Source of the DNA: Candidatus Micrarchaeota archaeon
GTDB taxonomy: Archaea; Micrarchaeota; Micrarchaeia; Anstonellales; J096
Assembly: GCA_015523325.1 (NCBI GenBank)
Contig: WAKO01000003.1
Span: 77 to 64,076 of the forward strand
Direction: 5' to 3'
Length of the DNA: 64,000 nt
Below are positions 35,392 to 45,876 of the stretch, piece after piece. The stretch's first letter is position 1. Every line of letters starts with the position of its first letter. Made by a program: the position numbers and the translations under genes. Below the pieces are notes generated by a model that was given only the letters and a program-made list of their open reading frames with translations, made no database searches and was not told where the DNA came from.

Positions 35392-38175
35392 TTAGCTTTT
35401 TCTTATTTTAACTTCAACTTCTTCTCCCTCTATTTTCCATTTCTTAGTTAGTCCTTCACTAACTTTTCCTTCTTTTCCATTAACTCTCTTAAGCAATTCT
35501 ACTTTGTATTTTTCTATGACTTCTTTTATCTTTCCTTTAGCTTTTATCTCTAGGATTATTTCATCTCTTTCAATTAGTTTTAGCTCTTTTCTTGTGGCTT
35601 GGATTCTCCTTACTACTTCATTTAATAGCCCCTCTTCCTTTAGCTCTTCACTTAATTCTTTTGGTATTCCCACCACTAATCCTTCTAGCTCTTCTTTAAT
35701 TAATCCCTCCCCAACTTCTCCAACTTCAATTGCTTTTGAGTTTGTTAATAATTTTAATGCCCTCTCATATCTTAAAGGTTTATTAACCACTACTTTTTCA
35801 ATAGGCCACCTTAATTTTATTCCTAGCTCATTTCTTAGCTTTAATACAGCAGACACAACTTCTTTTATCTCTTCCATCTCATCTTTTTCCATGTCTTTTC
35901 CTTCTCCTAGCTCAAACATGTGAATACTCTCTTCTCCTTCAAACTTTCTGAAGAACTTTTGGTAAACATACTCGGAAGTGTAGGGAGTTATGATAGCAAA
36001 CATCTTTAGCATTTCAAAAACTATATGGTAAAGGAGAGCTTTTGTTTCTTCTTGCCTTTTTTTTGCTATTTTCATGTAAAATTGGCTTAAATCCTCAATA
36101 AGCAGCTTTCTTAATTCCCTAACTCCTTCAAAAGGTTTGAGTTCTTTCATTGATTTATTAAATTTGTATATTGTTTCTTCTAACCTATCCATTATCCACT
36201 TATCTTCTTCTTTTAACTCTCCCAGTTTTTCTCTTTTTGCCCCAACCCTCTCCAAGTAAGAGGCCAGATTTATTAGCACATTTAGATCTCTTGAGGCTAG
36301 CCTTAAATCATCCCAGACAAATTTAACTTCTTCCCATGTTGTTGAACTAGCTCCCCATAGCCTAAATGAATCTGCTCCTACCTTACTTAATATTTCTTCA
36401 ACAGGAACAAAGTTTCCAATGCTCTTGCTCATTTTCTCTCCTTTTTCGTCAACAAAAAATCCATGCATAAGTAATCTTTTGTAAGGAGAGCTCCCATTCC
36501 TTACCATGCCACTTCCCAATAAGGAGTAGAACCATCCTCTTATTTGGTCTTGTCCTTCAAATATCAAGTCAGCTTTGTTTCCCCAATATTCCTCTTCTTC
36601 TTTTGTTAGAGGAGCCCACACAGCATTTCCAGAATCAAACCAAACATCTAACACATCCTTAACTCTCTCCATCTTTTCTCCGCAATGACATTCCAACACT
36701 ACCTCATCAACATAAGGCCTATGCAATTCTTTAACTTCTTTTCCCAATTCTTTTTTGCTCCCAACTACTTTCAAGTGACCTTTTTTACATTTCCAAATTG
36801 GTAAAGGAATCCCCCAATACCTTTGCCTACTTATACACCAATCAGGGGCCTCTTTAACAAATGATGAGAACCTTTCTTTAACAAAGCTTGGAGAGAACTC
36901 TATGTTATCTATTTCCTTTAACATTTCTTCCTTTAGCTTTGTTATTTTTATGAACCATTGTTTTGTAACTAAATAAATTAGAGGTGTTTTACATCTCCAA
37001 CATATAGGATAGCGGTGCCTTATTTTTTCTTTTAACACAAGATTTCCTTTTTCTTCTAGAAGCTTTATTATTTCCTCATTAGCTTCCCTTACATTTTTTC
37101 CCTTAAATTCTCCTCCAAGTTCATTATAATCTCCATTTTCATTTACAGGAGAATAAATTGGAATGTTATTTTCTTTTCCTACTAAGTAATCTTGAGGACC
37201 ATGTGCTGGAGCCATATGCACAAGTCCAGTTCCTTCCTCAACTCCAACAAACTCCTCACTCAGTACTACTTTTCTTTCAAATTCTATTCTTATTTTTTCC
37301 TGGAAAGGATGTTCATAGTTAATTCCCTTCAATTCTTTTCCTGGAATTTCCCTTAATACAGAATAACTTTTATCTAGCTTTTCCATAACTTCTTCAACAA
37401 GTTCTTTTGCTATTATCCATCTCTCTCCTTCCACTTCAATCTCTACATAATTAACATTTGGATTAACCATAACCCCCATATTCCCTATTAATGTCCAAGG
37501 TGTTGTTGTCCATATTATTAGGTAAAGATTGTCTTCTCCCTTTACTTTAAATTTCACATATACGCTTGGATCTGTTAGCTCTTTGTATTCAAGCTCATAA
37601 TTTGCTAGAGAGGTTTCACATCTAAAGCAATAAGGAACTACATAATCCCCTTCTTCAAGCAAATTTTTTTCAAATGCTCTCTTAAAGGTCTCCCAAGATC
37701 TTTCAATATAATTGTCATAATAAGTAACATATGGATTTTCCCAATCCATCCAAACTCCAAAAGCTTTCATTTGTTTTGTCATTATCTCAATGTATTTGTC
37801 TACAAACTCTTTGCATTTTTTTATGAATACATCTATTCCTAGCTTTTCAATCTCGTGTTTTTTGTTTATTTTTAGGAGTTTTTCTACTTTAACCTCTATA
37901 GGCAATCCATGAGTATCAAATCCTGGTTGGTCTCTTACATCAAATCCCTTAGCCCTATAATATCTTATGTAGATATCTTTCATTACTTTGTTCCAAGCTG
38001 TTCCTGGATGTATTTCTCCTGTTGCAAAAGGCGGCCCATCAACAAAAAAGAACTTTTTTTTATTTTTTAACCCTCTTTTTTTTGTTAGCTCTTTTACTTT
38101 TTCATATATTTTGTTCTTCTCCCAAAACTCTTCTATTTCTTTTTCTATTTTTTTGAAATCATACATTTTTACCAC
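35392..38175 (-). CDS. ileS: Isoleucyl-tRNA synthetase
   Basis: Class I. HIGH-region variant EIHPGTAW. GFDTHGLPIE. WCISRQRYWGIPLPIW. KMSKS. Confidence 0.85.
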   Translation of the reverse strand: MVKMYDFKKIEKEIEEFWEKNKIYEKVKELTKKRGLKNKKKFFFVDGPPFATGEIHPGTAWNKVMKDIYIRYYRAKGFDVRDQPGFDTHGLPIEVKVEKLLKINKKHEIEKLGIDVFIKKCKEFVDKYIEIMTKQMKAFGVWMDWENPYVTYYDNYIERSWETFKRAFEKNLLEEGDYVVPYCFRCETSLANYELEYKELTDPSVYVKFKVKGEDNLYLIIWTTTPWTLIGNMGVMVNPNVNYVEIEVEGERWIIAKELVEEVMEKLDKSYSVLREIPGKELKGINYEHPFQEKIRIEFERKVVLSEEFVGVEEGTGLVHMAPAHGPQDYLVGKENNIPIYSPVNENGDYNELGGEFKGKNVREANEEIIKLLEEKGNLVLKEKIRHRYPICWRCKTPLIYLVTKQWFIKITKLKEEMLKEIDNIEFSPSFVKERFSSFVKEAPDWCISRQRYWGIPLPIWKCKKGHLKVVGSKKELGKEVKELHRPYVDEVVLECHCGEKMERVKDVLDVWFDSGNAVWAPLTKEEEEYWGNKADLIFEGQDQIRGWFYSLLGSGMVRNGSSPYKRLLMHGFFVDEKGEKMSKSIGNFVPVEEILSKVGADSFRLWGASSTTWEEVKFVWDDLRLASRDLNVLINLASYLERVGAKREKLGELKEEDKWIMDRLEETIYKFNKSMKELKPFEGVRELRKLLIEDLSQFYMKIAKKRQEETKALLYHIVFEMLKMFAIITPYTSEYVYQKFFRKFEGEESIHMFELGEGKDMEKDEMEEIKEVVSAVLKLRNELGIKLRWPIEKVVVNKPLRYERALKLLTNSKAIEVGEVGEGLIKEELEGLVVGIPKELSEELKEEGLLNEVVRRIQATRKELKLIERDEIILEIKAKGKIKEVIEKYKVELLKRVNGKEGKVSEGLTKKWKIEGEEVEVKIRKS

Positions 38176-38198
38176 TTCATAGATTTATTTAGATATTC

Positions 38199-38882
38199 TC
38201 AAAATACTTTTTCTCCTACAAATACCTTTATGCCGTTTGGCTCTACTCTGAATGGAACAAGATCCCTTGAGTGGTTTGTTCCCCTCATTTTAAATATTTC
38301 CAATGCCCTAACTCTATTTCCTCCTCTATCCAAATTGTAAAGATTTATTATTCCATCAGCTATATAATGCTCAATTTCAAACTTAACCCCTCTGTCCCCA
38401 CTTTCAGCTTCAACTATTATGAATACATTACACTCTAATGTTTTTAAGAGATTAAAGAATTCAACTATTGTTCTCCTATATTCATTCTCGTTATCAAACA
38501 TAGCTCTAAGCATTGTTGAAGAATCAATTACAGCTCTTTTAGCATTGTTTTTTACTATGCTATTTTCAAGTATCTCTATTACTGAATCTATGCTAAACTT
38601 CTCTGGCTCGCTAACAGTTATTTTATTAGAGTTTACCAACTCCCTTATATCTTTAAATTCTGTGAATTGAGCTTCCATGTTCTCTATAATACTCTCAGGA
38701 CTCTCTTCAAGAGTTATATAAACTCCATTTTGTCCTTCTTTTGCTCCTTTGTAGAGATATTCAAAGCTAAATGATGTTTTTCCCGTTCCTGGCCCTCCAA
38801 AAATTGCAACATGTCTTTTCAGAGGTATTCCTCCATTAAGCATCTCATCTAGCCCAGATATTCCTGTCTTTATTCTTTCCAT
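38199..38882 (-). CDS. Single-domain KaiC/RadA-like ATPase (second copy)
   Basis: GISGLDEMLNGGIP and Walker A GGPGTGKT. 227 aa. Confidence 0.75.
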   Translation of the reverse strand: MERIKTGISGLDEMLNGGIPLKRHVAIFGGPGTGKTSFSFEYLYKGAKEGQNGVYITLEESPESIIENMEAQFTEFKDIRELVNSNKITVSEPEKFSIDSVIEILENSIVKNNAKRAVIDSSTMLRAMFDNENEYRRTIVEFFNLLKTLECNVFIIVEAESGDRGVKFEIEHYIADGIINLYNLDRGGNRVRALEIFKMRGTNHSRDLVPFRVEPNGIKVFVGEKVF

Positions 38883-38914
38883 AGCATCACATTCATAAAA
38901 CAGTGGAGAATTTT

Positions 38915-39244
38915 TTAAATCTTTTTAAAGTAACTCTTCTCTAGTCGTTGTAGGATTAAGAGGAGTTTTTTGAGTTTTTCAACCTTTTCACTGTAGAGTT
39001 CTTTTCCTACATTTAGGAACCATTCCACATATTTTGGGAAACTTGTTAGCTTTGCATCCTCCTTGCTCATTTGTTCAATTATTATGAGCAGGATTTCTCT
39101 ACTTTTATCATCATCCTTAAGGATGCTTATGAATAAGCTAATCATATCCAAAAAGAGTTCTTTTTCACTCTCATCCAAAGCCAACCATTCCTTAGCCAAA
39201 TAATTTTTTGTCTCTCTATTAAGTTCTTCAAAAAATTTTTTCAT
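38915..39244 (-). CDS. Hypothetical small helical protein, immediately upstream of and co-oriented with the KaiC-like ATPase
   Basis: ORF of 109 aa. 33-nt gap to the KaiC-like gene. Confidence 0.4.
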   Translation of the reverse strand: MKKFFEELNRETKNYLAKEWLALDESEKELFLDMISLFISILKDDDKSREILLIIIEQMSKEDAKLTSFPKYVEWFLNVGKELYSEKVEKLKKLLLILQRLEKSYFKKI

Positions 39245-39272
39245 ATTTTTAACTTTTAGTTAATCCTTTATA

Positions 39273-40016
39273 TTGTTTTTTGTTTCTTTTTTATTTGCTA
39301 TGGAGGAAAAAAAGGAAAGATGGAAAATTGAGGAGTTGGTTTTTGATAAGCAAACTCTTCTCTCTCTAAATAGGATTGTTAAGAAGGGATTGATAGAGGA
39401 GATAAATTACGTTGTTTCCACAGGAAAAGAAGCAAATGTTTATAGGGCTAAAGCCCCTAGAGGATATTTGGCTGTTAAAATATATAAAATAGAGACTTCA
39501 AAGTTTTTTAGAAGAAAAAAATATCTTTTTAGCGATCCTCGCTTCAACTTCTCCGTGAGAAATGAGAGAGAGCTTGTTTACATTTTCTCATCCAAGGAGT
39601 TTAAGAATTTACTTTTAGCAAAAAAAGCAGGGGTAAGGGTTCCTTCTCCTATTTATTATGAAAAGAACATAATAGTTATGAAGTTTTTGGGAAGAAAGGG
39701 AGTTCCATTCCCTCTTCTCATAGATTCTTTTAGGATGGTTGAAGATAAAGAAGAGTTGTTTTTTTCAATTCTTAATGATATAAGGAGAATGCATAAGAAA
39801 GGTTTTGTTCATGGAGATATTAGTGAGTTCAATATAATGTTTGATCCTGAAAAACAAAGACATTTTTTGATTGACTTTGGCCAAGGAACGGTTAGGAACA
39901 ACCCTATTTATGTGGAATTGGTTGAGAGAGATGTTAGGAATGTGGTTAGGTTTTTTTCAAAATTAATTGGAAAAAAGCTCTCTTTTGAAGAGGCTTTATC
40001 TTATGTTTATGATTAG
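39273..40016 (+). CDS. RIO-type serine/threonine protein kinase
   Basis: ATP-binding STGKEANVY...AVKIY. Catalytic FVHGDISEFNIMF. Metal-binding IDFGQG. Confidence 0.85.
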   Translation: MFFVSFLFAMEEKKERWKIEELVFDKQTLLSLNRIVKKGLIEEINYVVSTGKEANVYRAKAPRGYLAVKIYKIETSKFFRRKKYLFSDPRFNFSVRNERELVYIFSSKEFKNLLLAKKAGVRVPSPIYYEKNIIVMKFLGRKGVPFPLLIDSFRMVEDKEELFFSILNDIRRMHKKGFVHGDISEFNIMFDPEKQRHFLIDFGQGTVRNNPIYVELVERDVRNVVRFFSKLIGKKLSFEEALSYVYD

Positions 40017-40052
40017 TTTCTGTGGTTTATGTTGTTAGGAATGAAGTAATAG

Positions 40053-40736
40053 CTAATAGTAATAGCTTTCACTCCCTTTTTTCTCTGTCCTGATTAGCTT
40101 TTCAAGCCTTTTCACCTTTTCCTTCCCAACCTTCAGACTTTTTGCTTTTCCCATCCATTTTTCTAATGCGTTGTTTATTGAAAACCTATTTGGAAAGCTT
40201 TCTGCAAAATCTAATAAAACTTCTAAGGAAAAGGGATTTTTTGAATCCCCTAGGAGCTCTATACAATAATCTGCAAGTGCGTTATAGAATTGGTTTTGTT
40301 GTGCCAAATATTTAGAGAGGAAGTGAGACAATATCCTTATGCTGTAATTGTCATCAATATCTCCAAGCATTTTCAGTAGAAATTTTTGGCCTGAAAAGGA
40401 ATTATAGTAATCCAAGCTTATTAATAGAGGATGATTGTTTTCTGTTTTTTGGGAGAAAAAGTTTTTTATGTTGTTGTTGCTTGAGAGTTCAATTATTATT
40501 CCAAACAAAATCGCTCCTTTAATTTTATCGTTCTCTTTTTTATAAGTCTTTAGTAATTTTTCTTTTATTTCTTCTTTCTTTTTTTCATCTATTGGGTAGG
40601 GATAGTTTTTTAACATCTTTATTAGGTTTGCAACTTCCATTATCTTCTTTTTTGTTTCCTCCTCATGGCTTTGTTTGTTTTCCTTTAAGCTTTTATTTTT
40701 TTGGCTATTCTTGTTACTTTTTTTTCTTTTTTCCAT
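40053..40736 (-). CDS. Hypothetical helical-repeat protein (227 aa)
   Basis: ORF overlapping the topoisomerase start by 23 nt. K/E-rich termini. Confidence 0.35.
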   Translation of the reverse strand: MEKRKKSNKNSQKNKSLKENKQSHEEETKKKIMEVANLIKMLKNYPYPIDEKKKEEIKEKLLKTYKKENDKIKGAILFGIIIELSSNNNIKNFFSQKTENNHPLLISLDYYNSFSGQKFLLKMLGDIDDNYSIRILSHFLSKYLAQQNQFYNALADYCIELLGDSKNPFSLEVLLDFAESFPNRFSINNALEKWMGKAKSLKVGKEKVKRLEKLIRTEKKGSESYYY

Positions 40737-42465
40737 AATAAAACCTCTTCTTTGGAAGGTTTTTTAGTAGTTCTTCTCCTATCTTCTCTTCATTCTCTTT
40801 AAATTCTTTTAATATTTCCTCCAATGTTTTTTTACCTTTTTCAAAAACAACATTTGCATTTAACTTTAGATTGCTCACTTTCTCCATATCTTCCTCAATT
40901 TCTCTTGTTAATTTTTCATCTAATATTTTTGGGACATATTTTTTTAGAGTTCTGTAAACAGCTCCTCCAAATTCAGTGAGTTTTATTGACCCTCCTTCAA
41001 AGTATTGCCTCCTAAATAGGGTGTCTATTATATGACTTCTCGTTGCTTTTGTTCCTAGGCTTTTTCTCTCTAACTCTGTTATTAAGGAGGAGGAAGTATA
41101 TCTTTTTGGAGGTTTTGTTTTTTTCTTTTTTAGCTCAACCTTTGAAATCTTTTCTAATTCTCCTTCTTTAAATTCATCTATTTCCTTTTCTTCAAACTTG
41201 TAATAATTGTAGACTTCAAGCCATCCTTTGCTTTTTATTTTTTGCCCTTTTGCTTTGAATAGGAGGTCATTGCTTTCAACCTTTGCCCTTATTTCTTCTT
41301 TTTCCATAAAATCATAAAACACAGAAATAAATCTTCTAACTATTAACTCAAATAGTTTCTTTTCCTCTTCCTCCATCTTTCCCATATTTCCTGTTGGATA
41401 TATTGCTGGATGAGCTGGATCATCTTTCTTTCCTTCAATTGGCTTTAAGTATGGTTTTTCCAATAGCTTTTCAGCTTCTTTATAGTACTTTGCGAGTTTT
41501 TCTATTATCCTTTTATAGCCAATGCTTGGAGGAAGTTTTTGTGAACTAGTTCTTGGATAAGAAATATATCCAGATTCATAAAGAGATTGTGCAATCTTCA
41601 ACGTTTTTGAAGGAGAAAACCTTAAGTATTTTGCAGCCTCTACCTGAAGGCTAGTTAAATCAAAAGGAGGAAATGGAGGAACTTTCTTTATTTCTTTTGA
41701 GTATTCTATTACTTTTGCCTCTTTTCCCACCTTATCTTTTAGTTTTAGAGCTTCTTCCTCCTCTTCAATAGGGTTTTTTTCATACTCAAAGTTTGTGTTC
41801 TTTATTTTTATCCAAAGTTCAAAATAAGGTTTAGGAACAAACTCTTCTATTTCCTTCTCTTTTTTAGCAACTAGTGCTAGAGTAGGACCTTGAACCCTTC
41901 CTATGCTCATGACCCTCCTTATATTTTGGGTTGCAAGGCTTTTCATTAAAGCCCTACTAAGGTTTATTCCATATATCCAATCTAGCTTGTGCCTTAACTC
42001 TCCTGCATAAGCATTGCCCTTATCAAAATCAATTAAGTTTTCATAGGCTTGTTGCAACTCCTTTGATGTTAATGTTGAGAATTTCATTCTTTTTACTTCA
42101 TTCTCAGAGAATTCTGATAAAAATCTAAAGATGTTATATCCTATGAGGGTTCCTTCAGTATCAAAATCAGTAGCAACTATTAGCTCTTCTGCTTCTTTTA
42201 GAATGTTTTTTATTACAGCAAAGTAAGGTTTTGCAAAGTAAGAGGTCTTATTAACTTCAAAAACAGGTTTCCATTCTATATCAAATACGGGATAGTCAAA
42301 GCTTTGGTTTTTTTCGGCTAATGTAAATATATGCCCTACAGAGGGAACAATGATTAGCTTTTCTCCTTCAAATATTGTGACTTTCCCTTTTCTCTTTGGT
42401 TTTGCTTTTAGTGCATACGCTATTTTGCTGGCTGCTTTTGGCTTTTCTGCTATTATTACTTTCAT
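40714..42465 (-). CDS. Type IA DNA topoisomerase (topoisomerase III-like)
   Basis: N-terminal Toprim (VIIAEKPKAASKIA), catalytic Tyr region (YISYPRTSS) and a GxxxG DNA-gate helix region. Confidence 0.8.
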   Translation of the reverse strand: MKVIIAEKPKAASKIAYALKAKPKRKGKVTIFEGEKLIIVPSVGHIFTLAEKNQSFDYPVFDIEWKPVFEVNKTSYFAKPYFAVIKNILKEAEELIVATDFDTEGTLIGYNIFRFLSEFSENEVKRMKFSTLTSKELQQAYENLIDFDKGNAYAGELRHKLDWIYGINLSRALMKSLATQNIRRVMSIGRVQGPTLALVAKKEKEIEEFVPKPYFELWIKIKNTNFEYEKNPIEEEEEALKLKDKVGKEAKVIEYSKEIKKVPPFPPFDLTSLQVEAAKYLRFSPSKTLKIAQSLYESGYISYPRTSSQKLPPSIGYKRIIEKLAKYYKEAEKLLEKPYLKPIEGKKDDPAHPAIYPTGNMGKMEEEEKKLFELIVRRFISVFYDFMEKEEIRAKVESNDLLFKAKGQKIKSKGWLEVYNYYKFEEKEIDEFKEGELEKISKVELKKKKTKPPKRYTSSSLITELERKSLGTKATRSHIIDTLFRRQYFEGGSIKLTEFGGAVYRTLKKYVPKILDEKLTREIEEDMEKVSNLKLNANVVFEKGKKTLEEILKEFKENEEKIGEELLKNLPKKRFYYGKKKKK

Positions 42466-42525
42466 TATAGCTTTTTCCTTTAGATTTATTTTTAAACTTG
42501 CCGTACTGAACTTGTTTCATTTATT

Positions 42526-42918
42526 TTAGGAGCTCTCTTTTTTTCTTCTCAAGCTCAACCTTGGTGGAATGAAGTGAGGAGGGTAGTTTAGCACTCTCGC
42601 TATTATTATTGCATGAGAGGTTGCAGCGTAATTTATTACATTCAATAACCTTTCCATATAGCTGTCTTCTATTTTTTTGTTTTTCTTCCATCCCTCAAGG
42701 ATCTTTTCTTTTTCCTCTTTTTCTTCTTGAGCAAACACAACTCCTCTAATTTTTATTGCTCCAACTTCCACATAATCCACAATATACTCATATTCAAACA
42801 AAAGATTATCTTGGTCCTCTCTAACATTTATTATGTTTATTCTAACTTTTATCCCTTTGTGTGGTTTTCTCTCTTTTAATTCAGCTTCAATCTTATCAAC
42901 CCTATCTCCTATAAACAC
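42526..42918 (-). CDS. Hypothetical protein (130 aa)
   Basis: ORF with coding-like composition. No recognisable motif. Confidence 0.35.
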   Translation of the reverse strand: MFIGDRVDKIEAELKERKPHKGIKVRINIINVREDQDNLLFEYEYIVDYVEVGAIKIRGVVFAQEEKEEKEKILEGWKKNKKIEDSYMERLLNVINYAATSHAIIIARVLNYPPHFIPPRLSLRRKKESS

Positions 42919-43027
42919 ATCAATCCCTCCATTTTAAGTAGCTAATTTAAACAACCTCAAAAAGCTTAAAAATACACTCCTAATATTTTAGGAAACATTT
43001 AAAACACTTCCTAGTTAAATCTCAAAC

Positions 43028-43858
43028 GTGTATTCAAGAAGGCTAATTGTAATTATATTATTTATCCTGTTCTTTGTTAAACTCCAGTTCTCTGAATTTA
43101 TAATAACTAAGAATGAGATAACAATTAATATAGATAGAGAAGGAAATGCTCAAGTGGTGGAGAGGGTAATGATTTCTATAAGTGGAAGGGGATCTATTTC
43201 TAGTTATGTTAAGGCTTTAGAAAACCCAACTTTGGCGGATTGGCAAAAGTTGCTAGGAGAGGATGTGAGAGTTCATTTAAACCCCAGTGTTGTTAAAATA
43301 GAGGATTTAACAGTTAGACCTCAACCTCTCTATGATTATAATGCTTTGTATGACACTGCAAAAGGAGAAATAATAATAAAGTATAGGGCTATTCCTTATG
43401 ATAATAGCTCTGGTTTATTTGAGCTTGTGAATGTTAAACCTAGAACTTATAGGCTAATTTTAAATGAAGAAGCCCTATCTTTTAAGAGGAGCGTTATAGG
43501 AAACTTGGTAATAGATAAAAAAACAATTCTAAAATTCATTCCTCCAAAAGGAGCAAAGCTTATTGACATTAATCCTATTCCAGAGGAATTAAGGGAAGAG
43601 AAGTTTCCAATTTATATTGAGAGTGTTGAGTGGAATGATGTTGTTTTAGTAGAGCCTGTTTTAGTTTTTGAGTATGAGGAAACAATTGGAGAAGAGATTT
43701 ATAGATTTTTTGAAGAATACAGCTATCAACTCATTAATTTCTTCACAACCCCAGAGGGAATATTTGTTGTTTTGTTCTTTGTTCTTCTATCATTATTTTA
43801 CTCTAAACTCAACTATTCTTTGACATTGCTTAGGAGGAGAGGTAAAAATGTTAAGTAA
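43028..43858 (+). CDS. Hypothetical protein with N- and C-terminal TM helices
   Basis: Signal/anchor at the N-terminus and a TM helix near the C-terminus. Precedes and overlaps pheS. Confidence 0.4.
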   Translation: MYSRRLIVIILFILFFVKLQFSEFIITKNEITINIDREGNAQVVERVMISISGRGSISSYVKALENPTLADWQKLLGEDVRVHLNPSVVKIEDLTVRPQPLYDYNALYDTAKGEIIIKYRAIPYDNSSGLFELVNVKPRTYRLILNEEALSFKRSVIGNLVIDKKTILKFIPPKGAKLIDINPIPEELREEKFPIYIESVEWNDVVLVEPVLVFEYEETIGEEIYRFFEEYSYQLINFFTTPEGIFVVLFFVLLSLFYSKLNYSLTLLRRRGKNVK

Positions 43859-45263
43859 AAATGAGAAAGTTATACTTAAAGAACTTAAAAAAGAGAGAAG
43901 CCTGGATTTGGAAAGCTTAATGAAGAGGACTGGTTTAGGAAAAGATGCTATAAAGAGAGGAGGTTACTTTTTATCTCAAAAGGGATTGGCTAAGATGAAT
44001 TATAGGAAGGAGAATTTGTTTAGCTTAACTCATAAAGGAAAGGAGGTATTGCTTAAGGGATTTGAGGAAGAGAGCATAGATAACTTGAGTGTTAAAGACT
44101 TGCCTGAAGAAGTTAGAGAGAGGTTATGGATTGCTAGGGAAACTTCTTTCTTTTCAATAGAAAAAGGAGTGGTTAGGAAAAATAAGGACAAGTTTATATT
44201 AAGAGAAGTTTTAGAGGCAATTTCATCAAATACTTTAGAAGAAGGTAAGTACAGCAAATACCTTCCTTATTTGGAAAAAAAGGGATTGATTAAAAAAATT
44301 GAAGAGGAGAAGATTAGTTTTGAGATAACTCCTGAGGGAGAAGCTTATGTTTTAGAGGAAAAAGAGGGATTAGATGAGCTTAGTGAGGAGGTTATTAAAA
44401 GTCTAGATTGGAAGAAAAAAGAGTTTAAGCCATACTACATAGATTACTCTTCTATAAAAAAAGCTACATCTGGAAAACTGCATCCCTTTACTTTAGCAAT
44501 TAACAAAATAAGAAGTGTTTTTCTTTCTCTTGGTTTTAAGGAGTTGCAAGGAGATTATGTGGAGAGCTCTTTTTGGGTTTTTGATGCCCTCTTTCAACCT
44601 CAAGACCACCCTTCCAGGGAGTTGGCTGATACGTTCTTTTTGAATAAAAAGGAAAGAGTGGATGTTGATGATATAACTTTAAATAGAGTTAAAGAAGAAC
44701 ATCAAAGGTATTGGAAATATCCTTGGAAAAAGGAGATTGCAGAAAAGCTTGTTCTTAGAACACACACGACAGTTTTAAGTGCTAGAGCCCTCTATGAATT
44801 CAAAAAGGGGAAGTTCTTTGCTATTGGAAGAGTATTTAGGAATGAAGCAATTGATTATAAGCATTTAGCAGAGTTTCATCAAATAGAAGGAATCATAGCT
44901 TGGAGAGGGGCAAATTTCAGAAACCTTTTGTGGATTTTAAAGAAGTTTTTCACTAAGCTTGGCTTTGAGAAAATAAGGTTTAGACCAAGCTATTTCCCTT
45001 ACACAGAACCCAGCTTAGAGGTAGAATATTATTTTGAGGAAAAAAATGAGTGGATGGAGATCGGAGGAGCAGGAATTTTTAGAAAACAAGTTTCCTCTCC
45101 TCTGTTGGCAGAGTATCCTGTTTTAGCTTGGGGATTAAGCTTAGAGAGATTGTTAATGCTTATATTGGATTTAAGTGATATCAGAGAGTTTTATAAAAAT
45201 AAAAAACCTTGGTTAGATAACATATCATCAAATAAAATTAAGAGGATAGAGATAAAGGGTTAG
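43848..45263 (+). CDS. pheS: Phenylalanyl-tRNA synthetase alpha subunit (archaeal type, with N-terminal winged-helix domains)
   Basis: Class II motifs (HPSRELADTFF, FRNEAIDYKHLAEFHQIEG, GAGIFR). Confidence 0.9.
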   Translation: MLSKNEKVILKELKKERSLDLESLMKRTGLGKDAIKRGGYFLSQKGLAKMNYRKENLFSLTHKGKEVLLKGFEEESIDNLSVKDLPEEVRERLWIARETSFFSIEKGVVRKNKDKFILREVLEAISSNTLEEGKYSKYLPYLEKKGLIKKIEEEKISFEITPEGEAYVLEEKEGLDELSEEVIKSLDWKKKEFKPYYIDYSSIKKATSGKLHPFTLAINKIRSVFLSLGFKELQGDYVESSFWVFDALFQPQDHPSRELADTFFLNKKERVDVDDITLNRVKEEHQRYWKYPWKKEIAEKLVLRTHTTVLSARALYEFKKGKFFAIGRVFRNEAIDYKHLAEFHQIEGIIAWRGANFRNLLWILKKFFTKLGFEKIRFRPSYFPYTEPSLEVEYYFEEKNEWMEIGGAGIFRKQVSSPLLAEYPVLAWGLSLERLLMLILDLSDIREFYKNKKPWLDNISSNKIKRIEIKG

Positions 45264-45270
45264 GGAGACC

Positions 45271-45771
45271 ATGGAGGGTTATAAAGAGATTTTGGAATTA
45301 ATTAATAAGCAAAAGCTAAAGGAAGCAGAATCCCTTTTACTGGAAAAAAAAGAGAGGGATGGACAATTCTATTATCTACTTGGGCTAGTTAGCTTTTTTA
45401 AGGGAAATGAAGAGGATGCATTAGGGTTTTTTTCACATGCTTTGAAAAAAGGCATAGTTGATAGCTCTAAAAGGTCTTTTTCCTATGTTTTGTTTTCAAG
45501 AGGAAGGTATGAGAAGGCAAAGGAAATTTTAGAGAGTATTGAAAACAAGAGAGTAGAGGATTATTTTGTTTTGTTTTCTTGTTATTTAATGCTAAAGGAT
45601 TATGAAAAAGCAAAGCTAAACCTTGAAAAGGCCTATATTGAAGATAAGAAGAAGACAAAAGAATTGCTTATGAAGTTTTATAAGGCATTTTTTGAAGACT
45701 CCTCTTTAGCAACAGAGGAAGAAAAGGAGAGATTAAAGTCACTTATTAGCTCTCTTAAGGAGAATAATTGA
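45271..45771 (+). CDS. TPR-like helical repeat protein
   Basis: Helical-hairpin periodicity. Lies 8 nt downstream of pheS. Confidence 0.45.
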   Translation: MEGYKEILELINKQKLKEAESLLLEKKERDGQFYYLLGLVSFFKGNEEDALGFFSHALKKGIVDSSKRSFSYVLFSRGRYEKAKEILESIENKRVEDYFVLFSCYLMLKDYEKAKLNLEKAYIEDKKKTKELLMKFYKAFFEDSSLATEEEKERLKSLISSLKENN

Positions 45772-45876
45772 AGAGCCACTACAACCAACTGCTACAGCCT
45801 AAATAATAAAAAAAGAAAAAAGAGAAACAAGTATAATGATCTAAACGAATATCAAAAAAAGAAAAAAGAAAATGAA

